This document shows, piece by piece, positions 1 to 9,614 of a stretch of 64,000 nucleotides of DNA (positions within the stretch are counted from its first letter, which is position 1; each line of letters starts with the position of its first letter). The notes below the pieces were generated by a model. It searched no databases, was not told the origin of the DNA, and saw only the letters and a list, made by a program, of their open reading frames with translations. The position numbers were made by a program, and so were the translations under genes. Source of the DNA: Candidatus Cloacimonadota bacterium (lineage in GTDB: Bacteria > Cloacimonadota > Cloacimonadia > G963667145); NCBI GenBank assembly GCA_963667255.1, contig OY762940.1, forward strand, positions 416,001-480,000. Reading direction: 5' to 3'.

Positions 1-815
1 TACAAGAAAAACATCCCAGAATATCCCAAAAAAATCGGTATCGTTACCTCGCCGACAGGAGCTGCCATCCAAGACATCAAAATGTGCTTGCCAGAAGATT
101 TCCGTGTGAAATTTACCTCTATCCCGTCTTGGTGCAGGGAGAAAGAGCATCAAAATCAATAATACAGGGAATCGAATATTTTGAAGAAAAATATCCGGTT
201 GACTTGCTGATAGTCGGTAGGGGAGGAGGAAGCCAAGAAGATTTGTTTTGTTTCAACTCCGAAGAGCTGGCACGAACGATTTTCGCTGCCAAAACTCCTA
301 TAATCACGGGAATAGGACACGAAATAGACTACACTATCGCCGATTTTGTCGCCGATTTGCGAGCTCCTACTCCATCCGCCGCCGCAGAACTTGCCGTGCC
401 GGACAAAACAAAATTGATAGAAAAACTGATGGACGCAAAAAGCCTAATTTCCCTCAATTCTCAAGCAAAAATCTCCGATTTTAAGCTGAAAATCAACAAA
501 TTACAGCAAAATTTGCAATTATACTCTCCATACACCAAATTGGAAAACCTAAGAACCAGAATCGAAAAATCTCATTTGATGATAAAGCACTTGGTAGAAA
601 CGAAAATCTATCAAAATAGGCAGAAAGTCGAGGTCGCACAAAGCAAATTGGAGGAATTATCCCCGCTAAAAACACTGGATAGGGGATACGCTGTAGTGAG
701 ACAAGAACAAAAAACAATAAGAGCGACAGAGCAAATCAGCACTGACAAACCGTTGGAAATCATTCTAAAGGACGGAACTGTCTATTTGGCAATAAAGAGG
801 GTTGAAAAAGCTTAG
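1..815 (+). pseudogene. xseA: Exodeoxyribonuclease VII large subunit (5' end outside window), with an internal frameshift at about 79-82
   Basis: Frame +1 (1-81) reads YKKNIPEYPKKIGIVTSPTGAAIQDIK; frame +3 from 84 reads VLARRFP...GRGGGSQEDL...GIGHEIDYTIADFVADLRAPTPSAAAE. One extra A in the A4 run at 79-82 would join the frames. Real lesion or assembly error. Confidence 0.75.
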
Positions 816-1486
816 AAACTCTTTACCAAAACCTCTGCCACCAGAAAATCGAAAGGCGTGGTTATCTTGATGTTGGATGGCTCGTCTTCCACCCAAAAAA
901 CCAAATGCCCCAAGAACTCCAAAAGACTGGCATCATCCGTAAACTCAACACGCTCTTGAAGAGCTTTTTCGTAAGATTTTTTGAGCAAATCATAAGAAAA
1001 CGCCTGTGGAGTTGTCGCTCCGAAGATAACCGCTCTATTCAGCGTTTTTTCGACTCTATCCGAATTAACCGATTTTAGCGTATTTGTCGTGGGAACAGCA
1101 GGAATAACGGCATATTTCGCCTTTACCAAATCAACCAACTTCAAAATCAGGCTTTCCCTCACAAAGGGTCGCACACCGTCATGCACGAAGACAAAATCAG
1201 CTTTTTCGATGTATTTGAGAGCATTGAACACGGAATCTTGGCGAAATTTGCCACCTTGGACAAACTCCAAAGACGGAAATAGGGTGAATAATCTGCCTCG
1301 CTCCGTCGGAAATTCGTCCTCGGGCAAAACAACTACGATACGACTGAAAACGCCAACCGACAAAAATCTCTCTATCGTATGCTCCAAAACAGACTTGCCT
1401 TGTAGCAAAAGGAACTGCTTTTTCTTGTCGGAAACCATCCGCCTGCCACTACCACCGGCAGTAATAATGGCTACAAAATCGGACAT
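812..1486 (-). CDS. ispD: 2-C-methyl-D-erythritol 4-phosphate cytidylyltransferase
   Basis: AGGSGRRM, KQFL, VHDGVRP, TPQAF, TDDASL and NIKITTP motifs. Confidence 0.93.
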   Translation of the reverse strand: MSDFVAIITAGGSGRRMVSDKKKQFLLLQGKSVLEHTIERFLSVGVFSRIVVVLPEDEFPTERGRLFTLFPSLEFVQGGKFRQDSVFNALKYIEKADFVFVHDGVRPFVRESLILKLVDLVKAKYAVIPAVPTTNTLKSVNSDRVEKTLNRAVIFGATTPQAFSYDLLKKSYEKALQERVEFTDDASLLEFLGHLVFWVEDEPSNIKITTPFDFLVAEVLVKSF

Positions 1487-1500
1487 CTCTCGGGGATTTA

Positions 1501-2856
1501 TCAAAAAGTAACAGTCACATAGCCGTAACTTTTGTCGCTATGTATCACATAAAAGAGGAGCTTATCGCCAGCTTTAACTTTGCTCAGCTCTTGCTCAAAT
1601 TGAGATTCGCCCTCTATCAGAACATCTTGAATTTCCTGAATGATATCGCCTTCTTTGATGCCTGCCTTGGCAAAAGCTGATTCGGGTTGCACGGAAGAAA
1701 CCACAACCCCGAAGTCCAACTCCTTTTTCCTCTCGGCACTCAGCGGAGCAACGCTCACACCAAAGTTGGAATTCGGCTCAGGAGGAGCCAATCCGGGCAA
1801 AGCTGGAGCGACAGACTCTTTCAAATCCAAATAAATATTCTCTCGCTTCCCGTTTTTGTGGACAAAAACAGCCAATGTCCCTCTATTCCTGACCAGCTTC
1901 TCTATCTTTTCCAAAGTAACAACATTCGAAACACCATACTTATCTGCACCCACAATATAATCTCCAACTCTGAAACCGGCTTTCTCTCCTGCACTTCCCG
2001 GCATGATACTCTCCACAACGATACCGCCCTTGTAAGGAGACTTGTATCTCTGCAAATCCTCATCAGTTGCATTTCGCAAAACCAACCCGTAAAATGTGCT
2101 ACTAACAACAGGAGTAGGCAAAATAGGAGCTGCCTCTTCCTCCGTAACAGTAGGTGCAGGACTCGAAATTATCTTATCCGTAACAGCCAAGAAAGAAGCC
2201 GAAGACAAAATCAAGCCTTGTTGCATATAGCCGTCATCGCCACGAGTAGTAGCATCTATCGCAAACCCGACCATGTTTCCGGAATTGTCTATCACGATGC
2301 CACCAAGACCTGCCAGCGTAACAAGAGCATCAACCTCAAAAATCTGTAAATCGCTGTTACCATCCTGCAGAGTAACGCCTGTCTTCGCTACGATACCAGA
2401 AGAAGCACTCAAATGCAAACTTCCCGTTTGATTTAAACTGCTCCCCAAAACACAAATATCTTTGCCCAAATCGGCAGAAGAACCCCTCAATTTGACATCC
2501 AGTTTTTCCTCGGAAGTGAACTTATAAACCGCAAGGTTCACGCTCTCTTGCCTTCCCACAAACTCCAACGGATATTTTGCACCACCGGAAGCAACTGCGA
2601 AAAATTTCTTATGCTCTATTCCGGCAATATTTGCATTGACCGTAGCCAAATAGTAAGCGTCAGACTCTTTTTTGAAAATAACGCCCGAACCCATACTGAC
2701 CATTTCGGCTGACTTCCCCTGATCGACACTCTCTTCGACCACGACATTGACCACAACACCAGAAACCTCTTTCACAGAACTCTGCCAACTCTCAGAACCC
2801 CACAGTCCGAAACTAAAAAAACTCAAAAAAACTATCCCAAATAGCAATTTATTCAT
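1501..2856 (-). CDS. Secreted HtrA/DegP-like trypsin-fold protein with two PDZ domains; catalytic triad apparently degenerate
   Basis: Signal peptide, SMGSGVIF, two PDZ repeats (GSAGEKAGFRVGDYI; ESAFAKAGIKEGDII); TNxHV and GNSGG motifs replaced. Confidence 0.8.
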   Translation of the reverse strand: MNKLLFGIVFLSFFSFGLWGSESWQSSVKEVSGVVVNVVVEESVDQGKSAEMVSMGSGVIFKKESDAYYLATVNANIAGIEHKKFFAVASGGAKYPLEFVGRQESVNLAVYKFTSEEKLDVKLRGSSADLGKDICVLGSSLNQTGSLHLSASSGIVAKTGVTLQDGNSDLQIFEVDALVTLAGLGGIVIDNSGNMVGFAIDATTRGDDGYMQQGLILSSASFLAVTDKIISSPAPTVTEEEAAPILPTPVVSSTFYGLVLRNATDEDLQRYKSPYKGGIVVESIMPGSAGEKAGFRVGDYIVGADKYGVSNVVTLEKIEKLVRNRGTLAVFVHKNGKRENIYLDLKESVAPALPGLAPPEPNSNFGVSVAPLSAERKKELDFGVVVSSVQPESAFAKAGIKEGDIIQEIQDVLIEGESQFEQELSKVKAGDKLLFYVIHSDKSYGYVTVTF

Positions 2857-2936
2857 CTAACCCTCCACGGAATATCTCGCTTCCGTCTCTTTTAAATCTA
2901 CCGAAATATTAGTCAAATTTTTTCTTGACTAAAAAA

Positions 2937-2963
2937 GTAGCAATCGCATTCTGACACTGCTAA
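2937..2963. promoter_or_regulatory. CIRCE-like (HrcA) operator upstream of groES
   Basis: GTAGCAATC-N9-CACTGCTAA versus consensus TTAGCACTC-N9-GAGTGCTAA, just downstream of TTGACT (2925-2930). Confidence 0.75.
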
Positions 2964-2986
2964 ATAATTTCAAAAGGAGTTTTATT

Positions 2987-3256
2987 ATGAAGATTAAACC
3001 TTTAGACAAAAGAGTTGTTATAGAAAAAAAAGAGGCTGAAGAGAAAAACATCGGTGGTATCATCTTGCCAGATTCTGCCAAAGAGAAGCCTCAAACTGGT
3101 AAAATCGTGGCTGTAGGCACTGACGAAGATTTGAAAAAATTGGTCAAAGTTGGCGACGAAGTTCTTTTCTCCAAATACGGTGGAACCGAAGTCAAACTTG
3201 ACGGCAAAGAGTATATGATACTTTCTCAAGACGACATTTTGGCTGTGATAGAATAG
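2987..3256 (+). CDS. groES: Co-chaperonin GroES (monocistronic)
   Basis: [12 protein letters not shown]...[14 protein letters not shown]...[16 protein letters not shown]. Confidence 0.96.
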   Translation: MKIKPLDKRVVIEKKEAEEKNIGGIILPDSAKEKPQTGKIVAVGTDEDLKKLVKVGDEVLFSKYGGTEVKLDGKEYMILSQDDILAVIE

Positions 3257-3275
3257 GCATAACTGAAAATATTTT

Positions 3276-3309
3276 AAAAGGCACTCTCCATTGGGAAAGT
3301 GCCTTTTTT
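3276..3309. terminator. Bidirectional intrinsic terminator between groES and modC
   Basis: AAAAGGCACT...AGTGCCTTTTTT hairpin between convergent genes. Confidence 0.8.
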
Positions 3310-3334
3310 ATTATCCGAAATTTTACTCAAACAA

Positions 3335-4408
3335 TCACAGAATATTTATATCCGTTTCATGGATTACCGCATAAATATTCGAATCTATTTTATCTCTCAA
3401 TCTATCAACTGTCCAATGCGGAATCACAGCTCTAAAATCATTACCTTTGGCTTCAACCAAACCGAAATAAACATTGCCTTCGCTGATGATATCTGTCAAT
3501 TTTGCTTCAAAAAGGTTCTTTCTCCCTGATTTATAAGGCGTAATATCGTCGGTGATGATAATATTTTCCGGTCTTATTGCCACAGTCACTTCTCGTTTTT
3601 TATCGGTTATCTCTGCCGATTTTAACAGTAAGCCGTTCAAATCTATCGCGGAATAATCAGCAGTGACTTCACTAATTTTGCCTTCATACAAGAGAGTGCC
3701 CACAAAGGATGCCACAAAATCGTTTTTCGGCTTTGCAAACACATCGGAAATCGTCCCGAATTGGATTTGCTCTCCACCTTTGAAGATAGAAACTTTATTG
3801 GCAAAAGACCAAACATCCTCAAAGTCGTGAGTTATATGAATTACCGTCATTCCGATTTTTTTTATTATTTTCTTGAGCAAAATTCTCGTTTCCCTCCTCG
3901 TGGAAGGGTCAAGAGCGGACAACGGTTCATCCATAAGTAGCATTTTCGGCTCTACAACCAAAGCTCTGGCAAGAGATGCTCTCTGCTGCTCTCCACCGGA
4001 CAATGTCCCCGGAGTTCTTTTTAGCAAATGTATAATATTCAACGCAGCGGAGATTTCTGTGATTTTCTTCCTAATTAACTCTTTTTCCGTCTTCTTGTTA
4101 TAGACCTTATCCAAACCGTATTCGATATTCCTATAAATAGTAAAATGAGGCATCAAAGCGTAGTCCTGATAAACTATTCCGATTTTTCTCTTTTCCGGCA
4201 ACTGATGTGTTATCTCTTTGTCGCCCAAAAAAATTCTGCCGCTTTCCAACTCATGAAACCCGATAATGCTCTCAAGAAGAATAGTTTTGCCAGCACCTGT
4301 CGGACCTATTATTGTGCAATAATCGCCCTTATCCAAAGACAAACTTATGTTTTTTAGCTTAAACTCTTTTAAATCAACGGAAAAATTCTCAACAGAGAGA
4401 AAATTCAT
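3335..4408 (-). CDS. modC: Molybdate/tungstate ABC transporter ATPase with C-terminal TOBE domain
   Basis: Walker A GPTGAGKT, LSGGEQQR, LMDEP; operonic with permease and binding protein. Confidence 0.85.
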   Translation of the reverse strand: MNFLSVENFSVDLKEFKLKNISLSLDKGDYCTIIGPTGAGKTILLESIIGFHELESGRIFLGDKEITHQLPEKRKIGIVYQDYALMPHFTIYRNIEYGLDKVYNKKTEKELIRKKITEISAALNIIHLLKRTPGTLSGGEQQRASLARALVVEPKMLLMDEPLSALDPSTRRETRILLKKIIKKIGMTVIHITHDFEDVWSFANKVSIFKGGEQIQFGTISDVFAKPKNDFVASFVGTLLYEGKISEVTADYSAIDLNGLLLKSAEITDKKREVTVAIRPENIIITDDITPYKSGRKNLFEAKLTDIISEGNVYFGLVEAKGNDFRAVIPHWTVDRLRDKIDSNIYAVIHETDINIL

Positions 4409-5187
4409 AATTTTACCTCCGTCTTCTCAAAAACAAAGATTGCAAAGAATGAAACTAAAATCAAAATTATGCCGCTGGTCAAAGCCATACCCATATTGCC
4501 GTAAGAGATATTTAAGTATAGAGTAATCGGTAGAGTGTTCGTGAGCCCCATAGAGCCTCCGGCGAGAATAAGCACGGTGCCGAATGTCCCGATACATCTG
4601 GCAAAAGAGATGACCACCGAGGCTACCAAGCCGTTCTTGGCAAGAGGAATGGAAATCCTAAAAAAAGTCTCCAACTGAGAGTATCCGAGAGTCCGAGAAA
4701 TAAACTCATATCGCGGATTAATGTAATCAAAGGTTGACTTGATGATTCTAATCGAATAAGGTAAAGCTGTGAAAAACTGAGCGGCTACAACACCTTTTTG
4801 CGTAAAGACAAAGTTCAAACCCAATTTCTCAAACAAAGTGCCGATAGGTGTGTTGCCAAAAAGAAGCAAAAGAGCCAACCCCAAAACGAGCTCGGGGAAC
4901 GCCACAGGCAAATCGATAACCGTCTTCATGGCACTCTTGCCGATAAAATCAAATCGCGAAAGAGCGTATCCGATTGGTATAGCGAAAATAATAACTAAAG
5001 CGGTGGAGATTATTCCCGTCCACAAAGACAAAAACAACGAAAATTTCATCTCCTCACAAAAGAGATTTTGCATCACATCACTCCAATCTGGGACATAGAA
5101 AAACGCCCCTATGGCAATTATCAAAAGTGAGGTAATTATGAGCGATAGTAGGACTAAAAAGTATTTGAAAAAATTTACTTTTCGCAC
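4405..5187 (-). CDS. modB: Molybdate/tungstate ABC permease
   Basis: Multiple TM helices, DLPVAFP..LGLALL, SFARCIGTFG. Confidence 0.85.
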   Translation of the reverse strand: MRKVNFFKYFLVLLSLIITSLLIIAIGAFFYVPDWSDVMQNLFCEEMKFSLFLSLWTGIISTALVIIFAIPIGYALSRFDFIGKSAMKTVIDLPVAFPELVLGLALLLLFGNTPIGTLFEKLGLNFVFTQKGVVAAQFFTALPYSIRIIKSTFDYINPRYEFISRTLGYSQLETFFRISIPLAKNGLVASVVISFARCIGTFGTVLILAGGSMGLTNTLPITLYLNISYGNMGMALTSGIILILVSFFAIFVFEKTEVKL

Positions 5188-5951
5188 TTTTCAAAACCCC
5201 AATTACCCCAGATTTTCATTCCTTCGTCCGACAACATAAAAGCGTTGAACTTCTCTGCCAAATCTTTTGCCTTGCTCTCTACGGTAATTGAGGTTGGAAT
5301 AGTCATAATTATATTTTTCTTAGGGTCAATGCTGACACATTCAACCTTTCCCTTATCTTCCGCCCACTCGGTAATATCTAACCAAACTATTGCGGCATCT
5401 ACTTGCCCCAATGCAGGATATATCAAAAGTTGATTTACTGTAGGACCTTTCACCGTCACATTTTTGTTTACCGCATCCCACAATTTATTTTTTTCCAAAA
5501 GTTTCTTTGTCACTCTTCCGATTGCTGGACCTTTTGGGTCTCCGACAGCCACTTTTACATTAGGTTTAGCTAAATCTTCCAAGCATGTTATATTTGCCGG
5601 ATTGCCCTTAGGGACAATAATGGTAGGAATGTGCAAAACCAGCTTTTTGGTGCTGTTCTCGATTAACCAACCGTTTTTTAGAGCATCGTCCGTGTATTTT
5701 TCCGCTCCCGGTATCAAAATATCGCAATATTGACCTGCGGCGACCATTCCGAATATCTCTCCGGATGATCCGTAATGCATGTTTATTTTTACATTTTCCG
5801 CTTCTTCGAAAGATTTGACCAAATCGGTCATAGGTTTGATTAAGCCTGCTCCTGCAAAAATAACCAAATCGTACTCCGACTTCTTTCCACATCCGGTGAT
5901 TGATAGCAAGAAAAGACCAACTGATAAGATGACAAATAAGAATTTTTTCAT
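5175..5951 (-). CDS. modA: Molybdate ABC substrate-binding lipoprotein
   Basis: Lipobox ITGC, FAGAGL, YGSSG, KGNPANI, GDPKGPAIG. Confidence 0.88.
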   Translation of the reverse strand: MKKFLFVILSVGLFLLSITGCGKKSEYDLVIFAGAGLIKPMTDLVKSFEEAENVKINMHYGSSGEIFGMVAAGQYCDILIPGAEKYTDDALKNGWLIENSTKKLVLHIPTIIVPKGNPANITCLEDLAKPNVKVAVGDPKGPAIGRVTKKLLEKNKLWDAVNKNVTVKGPTVNQLLIYPALGQVDAAIVWLDITEWAEDKGKVECVSIDPKKNIIMTIPTSITVESKAKDLAEKFNAFMLSDEGMKIWGNWGFEKCEK

Positions 5952-6086
5952 CTTCGTTCCCCCTAATTATTAATTTCGCCCCACAATGTACTCATCGGGA
6001 GTTTTAAGTCAATCAGATTTTCAGAAGAAATTTTGAAATTGCCAAATTACTTTTGTAACCTAACTTTATCTCAACATTTTAGTTAC

Positions 6087-6118
6087 AAAAAAGGCACTTC
6101 CAACTATGAGAGTGCCTT
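6087..6118 (-). terminator. Intrinsic terminator of metG
   Basis: On - strand: AAGGCACTCTC...GGAAGTGCCTTTTTT. Confidence 0.75.
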
Positions 6119-6136
6119 CCTATTTTCTTGTGTTAA

Positions 6137-8164
6137 TCAACTCACCGTGCTGCCTGCTTGTATCTCCTTGTCTGCAAAGAGCAGAGACAAGTTTCCATCC
6201 GCATCTTCCACAGCCAAAATCATTCCTTGAGATTCCATACCCATAATTTTTCTGGCTTCCAAATTCGCCAAAATAACCACTGATTTTCCCAAAAGTTGAC
6301 TGGGTGTATAATATTTAGAAATTCCCGAGAGGATTTGCCTTTTTTCAGCACCTAAATTGATTTGAAGTTTCAAGAGCTTCTTCGATTTCGGAACAACTTC
6401 ACATTCCAAAATTTTGCCCATACGCAAATCCATCTCTTGAAATTTATCGAACGGAATTGTTGTTTTCATCTCAGGGACATTCACAGCTTTTTTCGTCTCA
6501 GCCTTTTTCAATTTATCAACTTGAGCCTGAATTATGTCGTCCTCAATCTTCGGGAAAAGCGGTTCGACTCCGCTGAACACATAGGTTTCGCGGGAATTTC
6601 CGATATTCGCCCAAGCAATCTCGGTGTCTATTCCCAACATACCAAACAGCTTTTTGCACGCTCTCGGCAAAATCGGCGAATACACTATGCTAAAAATTCG
6701 CAAGAGTTCGCAACAAACATAAAGCGACTGTTCGGCTTGGGCTTTGTCCGTTTTCACAGATTTCCACGGAGCTGTCTCATCAAAATATTTATTGCCCAAT
6801 CTGGCGATGTTCATGCCCAACTCGGCGTTTCGCTTAACTTTGTAATTCCGATAATTCTCATCAATCTCATCGACCAAAGCATAAGCCTCTTGCAGAACAG
6901 AATTGGCTTTGTCGTCCAATTTGGACGGCTTGGAGATTTTCCCCTCAAAAAATTTATTGCCAAAAGTGAAAACCCGATTAGCAAGATTTCCCAAAATGTT
7001 GGCAAGCTCGCCGTTGACTTTTGCCTGAAAATCTTTCCACACAAAATCGGAATCTTTGGTCTCGGGAGCTATCCTCGCCACATAATATCGCAAAAGTTCG
7101 CCGTCAAATGATGCCAAAAAATCTTTAATCCAAATCGCCCAATTTTTGCTCGTGGAGAGCTTTTCACCTTCCAAATTGAGAAACTCGTTAGCCGGAATAT
7201 CGTGGGGGAGAACATAGCTGTCGTCCTGTCCCATCAGCACAGCAGGCCAAAAAATTGCGTGGAAAATATTGTTGTCCTTGCCGATAAAATGCACGAGTTT
7301 TGTCTGCGGATTGAGCCAATAATCTCGCCAGCCGTCAGGGTTGTCCGTCTTGGCAAAATACTCGATAGAGCTGGAAACATAGCCGATGGGAGCATCAAAC
7401 CAAACATAAAGAACTTTGCCTTCGGTATTCTCAAGAGGGACAGGAACTCCCCAGTCGATGTCGCGGGTTACTGCTCGCATTTTCAGACCTTCATCAACCA
7501 AGCCCATAATGAACTTCAAAATGTTCTCTTTCCAGTTCGACTTGGTGGACAGCCACTCTTTGAGCCTCGGGACAAAAGCGGGTAAATCCAACATCCAGTG
7601 CGTAGTGGAGCGAACCTCGGGAGTTGTGCCACAAATCTTGCACTCCGGCTCAACCAAACCTGTGGAATCCATCAGCTTGCCACAAGCGTCGCACTGGTCG
7701 CCTCTGGCTCCGGGCTTGCCACAGTAGGGACAAATCCCCTCCACATATCTATCTGCCAAAAATCGCTGGCACTTCGGACAATAGTATTGCTCGGAAATCT
7801 GTGTGGAAATGTAGCCTTTCTTCAGAAGATTCAAGAAAAATTCTTGAGACAACTTGTGATGCGGAGGACGAGCCGTGCCAGAGAAATTGTCGAACTCGAT
7901 GCCCAGACCGTCAAAATCTTCGACCATCCGCTGATGATAAAAATCAACTATCTGTTGTGGCGTCTTGCCTTCCGCTTCAGCCTTGATAGAAATGGGTGCC
8001 CCGTGTTCATCCGTTCCGCAAAAATACAAAACATCTTCACCTTTCAATCGCAAGTATTTAACAAAAATATCTCCGGGCAAATACGCACCAGCGATGTGTC
8101 CGACATGCAAATCTCCATTGGCATAAGGCAAAGCCGAGGTAACCAAAAATCTATCTTTTCCCAT
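6137..8164 (-). CDS. metG: Methionine--tRNA ligase with C-terminal tRNA-binding domain
   Basis: TSALPYANG, HVGH, zinc-knuckle CxxC motifs, YVWFDA, KLSTS. Confidence 0.97.
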   Translation of the reverse strand: MGKDRFLVTSALPYANGDLHVGHIAGAYLPGDIFVKYLRLKGEDVLYFCGTDEHGAPISIKAEAEGKTPQQIVDFYHQRMVEDFDGLGIEFDNFSGTARPPHHKLSQEFFLNLLKKGYISTQISEQYYCPKCQRFLADRYVEGICPYCGKPGARGDQCDACGKLMDSTGLVEPECKICGTTPEVRSTTHWMLDLPAFVPRLKEWLSTKSNWKENILKFIMGLVDEGLKMRAVTRDIDWGVPVPLENTEGKVLYVWFDAPIGYVSSSIEYFAKTDNPDGWRDYWLNPQTKLVHFIGKDNNIFHAIFWPAVLMGQDDSYVLPHDIPANEFLNLEGEKLSTSKNWAIWIKDFLASFDGELLRYYVARIAPETKDSDFVWKDFQAKVNGELANILGNLANRVFTFGNKFFEGKISKPSKLDDKANSVLQEAYALVDEIDENYRNYKVKRNAELGMNIARLGNKYFDETAPWKSVKTDKAQAEQSLYVCCELLRIFSIVYSPILPRACKKLFGMLGIDTEIAWANIGNSRETYVFSGVEPLFPKIEDDIIQAQVDKLKKAETKKAVNVPEMKTTIPFDKFQEMDLRMGKILECEVVPKSKKLLKLQINLGAEKRQILSGISKYYTPSQLLGKSVVILANLEARKIMGMESQGMILAVEDADGNLSLLFADKEIQAGSTVS

Positions 8165-8238
8165 TTAATTCTCCTTAACTCACAGGCTATACGCTTTCAA
8201 AATTATCCGAGACCTCACAAGTCAACAAAATTTCAAAA

Positions 8239-9606
8239 TTAATTGCTTTCTGCTCGTTTCAAAATCTTCGGGAATAAAAACACATAAAAAATTGATATCA
8301 CGATGAAGGAAGCTACCTCAGATAAAGGAATGGAATACCAAAGCCCCGCAAATCCATACCACTTACCAAAGAGCCACATAACTGGAAGCATCACCAAAAT
8401 CTGACGGATAATAGACTCGATAAAAGCAAGATAGCCTATGCCAAAACCTTGGAAAGAGACTCCGCCAACGATACATATTCCCACGAGTGGAAATCCCCAA
8501 GCGGTAATCTTCAGAGCTATTATTCCCAGCGAGAACAACTCGCCTTTCGCTCCGAAGAGCAAGAGTAACCACTCGGGAAACCAATAAAATAATGCGAAAC
8601 CTATCATACAAATCACAGTGCCGAGAGCCATTCCCGAAAAAATGGTTTTCTTCACCCGATGCACAGCTTTCAGACCGAAATTGTAACCAACTATCGGCAT
8701 TACACCCTGACCTATGCCGAAAATCGGCAAGATGATGAATAGATGCAAGCGGAAGTAGATTCCCAAGACTGCCAAAGCGTTTATCCCGTAAGCACCGACA
8801 ATCCTGCTGGCTCCTGCCATCATCACACTGCCGAGCATCTCCACCGTGGAGACGGGAACCCCGACTTTGAAAATTTCCGCAATTAAATGGTAATCGAAAG
8901 CGAAGTGAAATCTTTTCACGGAAATCTGATTGTCGCCTTTCAAGAGAGCAAGCAAAACAAATACTGAGGAGAAAACTCTCGCCAAGACTGTCGCCCAAGC
9001 AGCACCTTCTACGCCCATAGGATTTAGTCCCCAACCGCCGAAGATGAACCAAGGGTCGAGAATTATGTTGAGGATTCCGCCCAAAGACATGGTAATCATC
9101 GGAATCAAAGCGTTGCCCTCAGCTCGCAAAACCCCGCACAGCACCATGGGAGCGTAAACGAAGACGGAATTTATCAAGATTATCCTGATGTAAGACTCCC
9201 CGACAGCCAAGAGTTGCGGGTCGTCCGTGAAGATAGCTACCAGACTTTCGCTAAAGAAAAAGCCTACCAGAGAAGTGAGCAAACCGAAAATAACTATCAA
9301 TCCCAAGAGATGTTCGGCAGCTTCGTTGGCTCTAACGAGTTCGTTCCTGCCCAGTAGTCGCGAGATGAGGGAGTTGCCTCCTACTTCCAAACCAACAGCT
9401 ATGGAGATAATTACCATCTGCACCGGAAAACAAATCGTCAAGGCGGAAAGCCCTATCGTGGAATAGTGAGCAACAAAAATGCTGTCCACGACATTGTATA
9501 ACGCCTGAACGAATAACCCAATCACAGCGGGAATGGAAAGTTTGACCAACAAGCCAAACTCCTTGTCAGTCCCCAATCTTCTTGTTCTTTCTTTTTGCTC
9601 TAACAT
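8239..9606 (-). CDS. MATE family efflux transporter (MepA-like), copy 3
   Basis: LYNVVDSIFV, LNIILDPWFIFG, MGVEGAAWAT; ATG at 9606 follows GGAG SD. Confidence 0.9.
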   Translation of the reverse strand: MLEQKERTRRLGTDKEFGLLVKLSIPAVIGLFVQALYNVVDSIFVAHYSTIGLSALTICFPVQMVIISIAVGLEVGGNSLISRLLGRNELVRANEAAEHLLGLIVIFGLLTSLVGFFFSESLVAIFTDDPQLLAVGESYIRIILINSVFVYAPMVLCGVLRAEGNALIPMITMSLGGILNIILDPWFIFGGWGLNPMGVEGAAWATVLARVFSSVFVLLALLKGDNQISVKRFHFAFDYHLIAEIFKVGVPVSTVEMLGSVMMAGASRIVGAYGINALAVLGIYFRLHLFIILPIFGIGQGVMPIVGYNFGLKAVHRVKKTIFSGMALGTVICMIGFALFYWFPEWLLLLFGAKGELFSLGIIALKITAWGFPLVGICIVGGVSFQGFGIGYLAFIESIIRQILVMLPVMWLFGKWYGFAGLWYSIPLSEVASFIVISIFYVFLFPKILKRAESN

Positions 9607-9614
9607 CTCTACTC

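Noticed and set aside
8165..8238. T-box or SAM riboswitch ahead of metG
   Set aside because: The spacer is too short and lacks the T-box sequence or an S-box core
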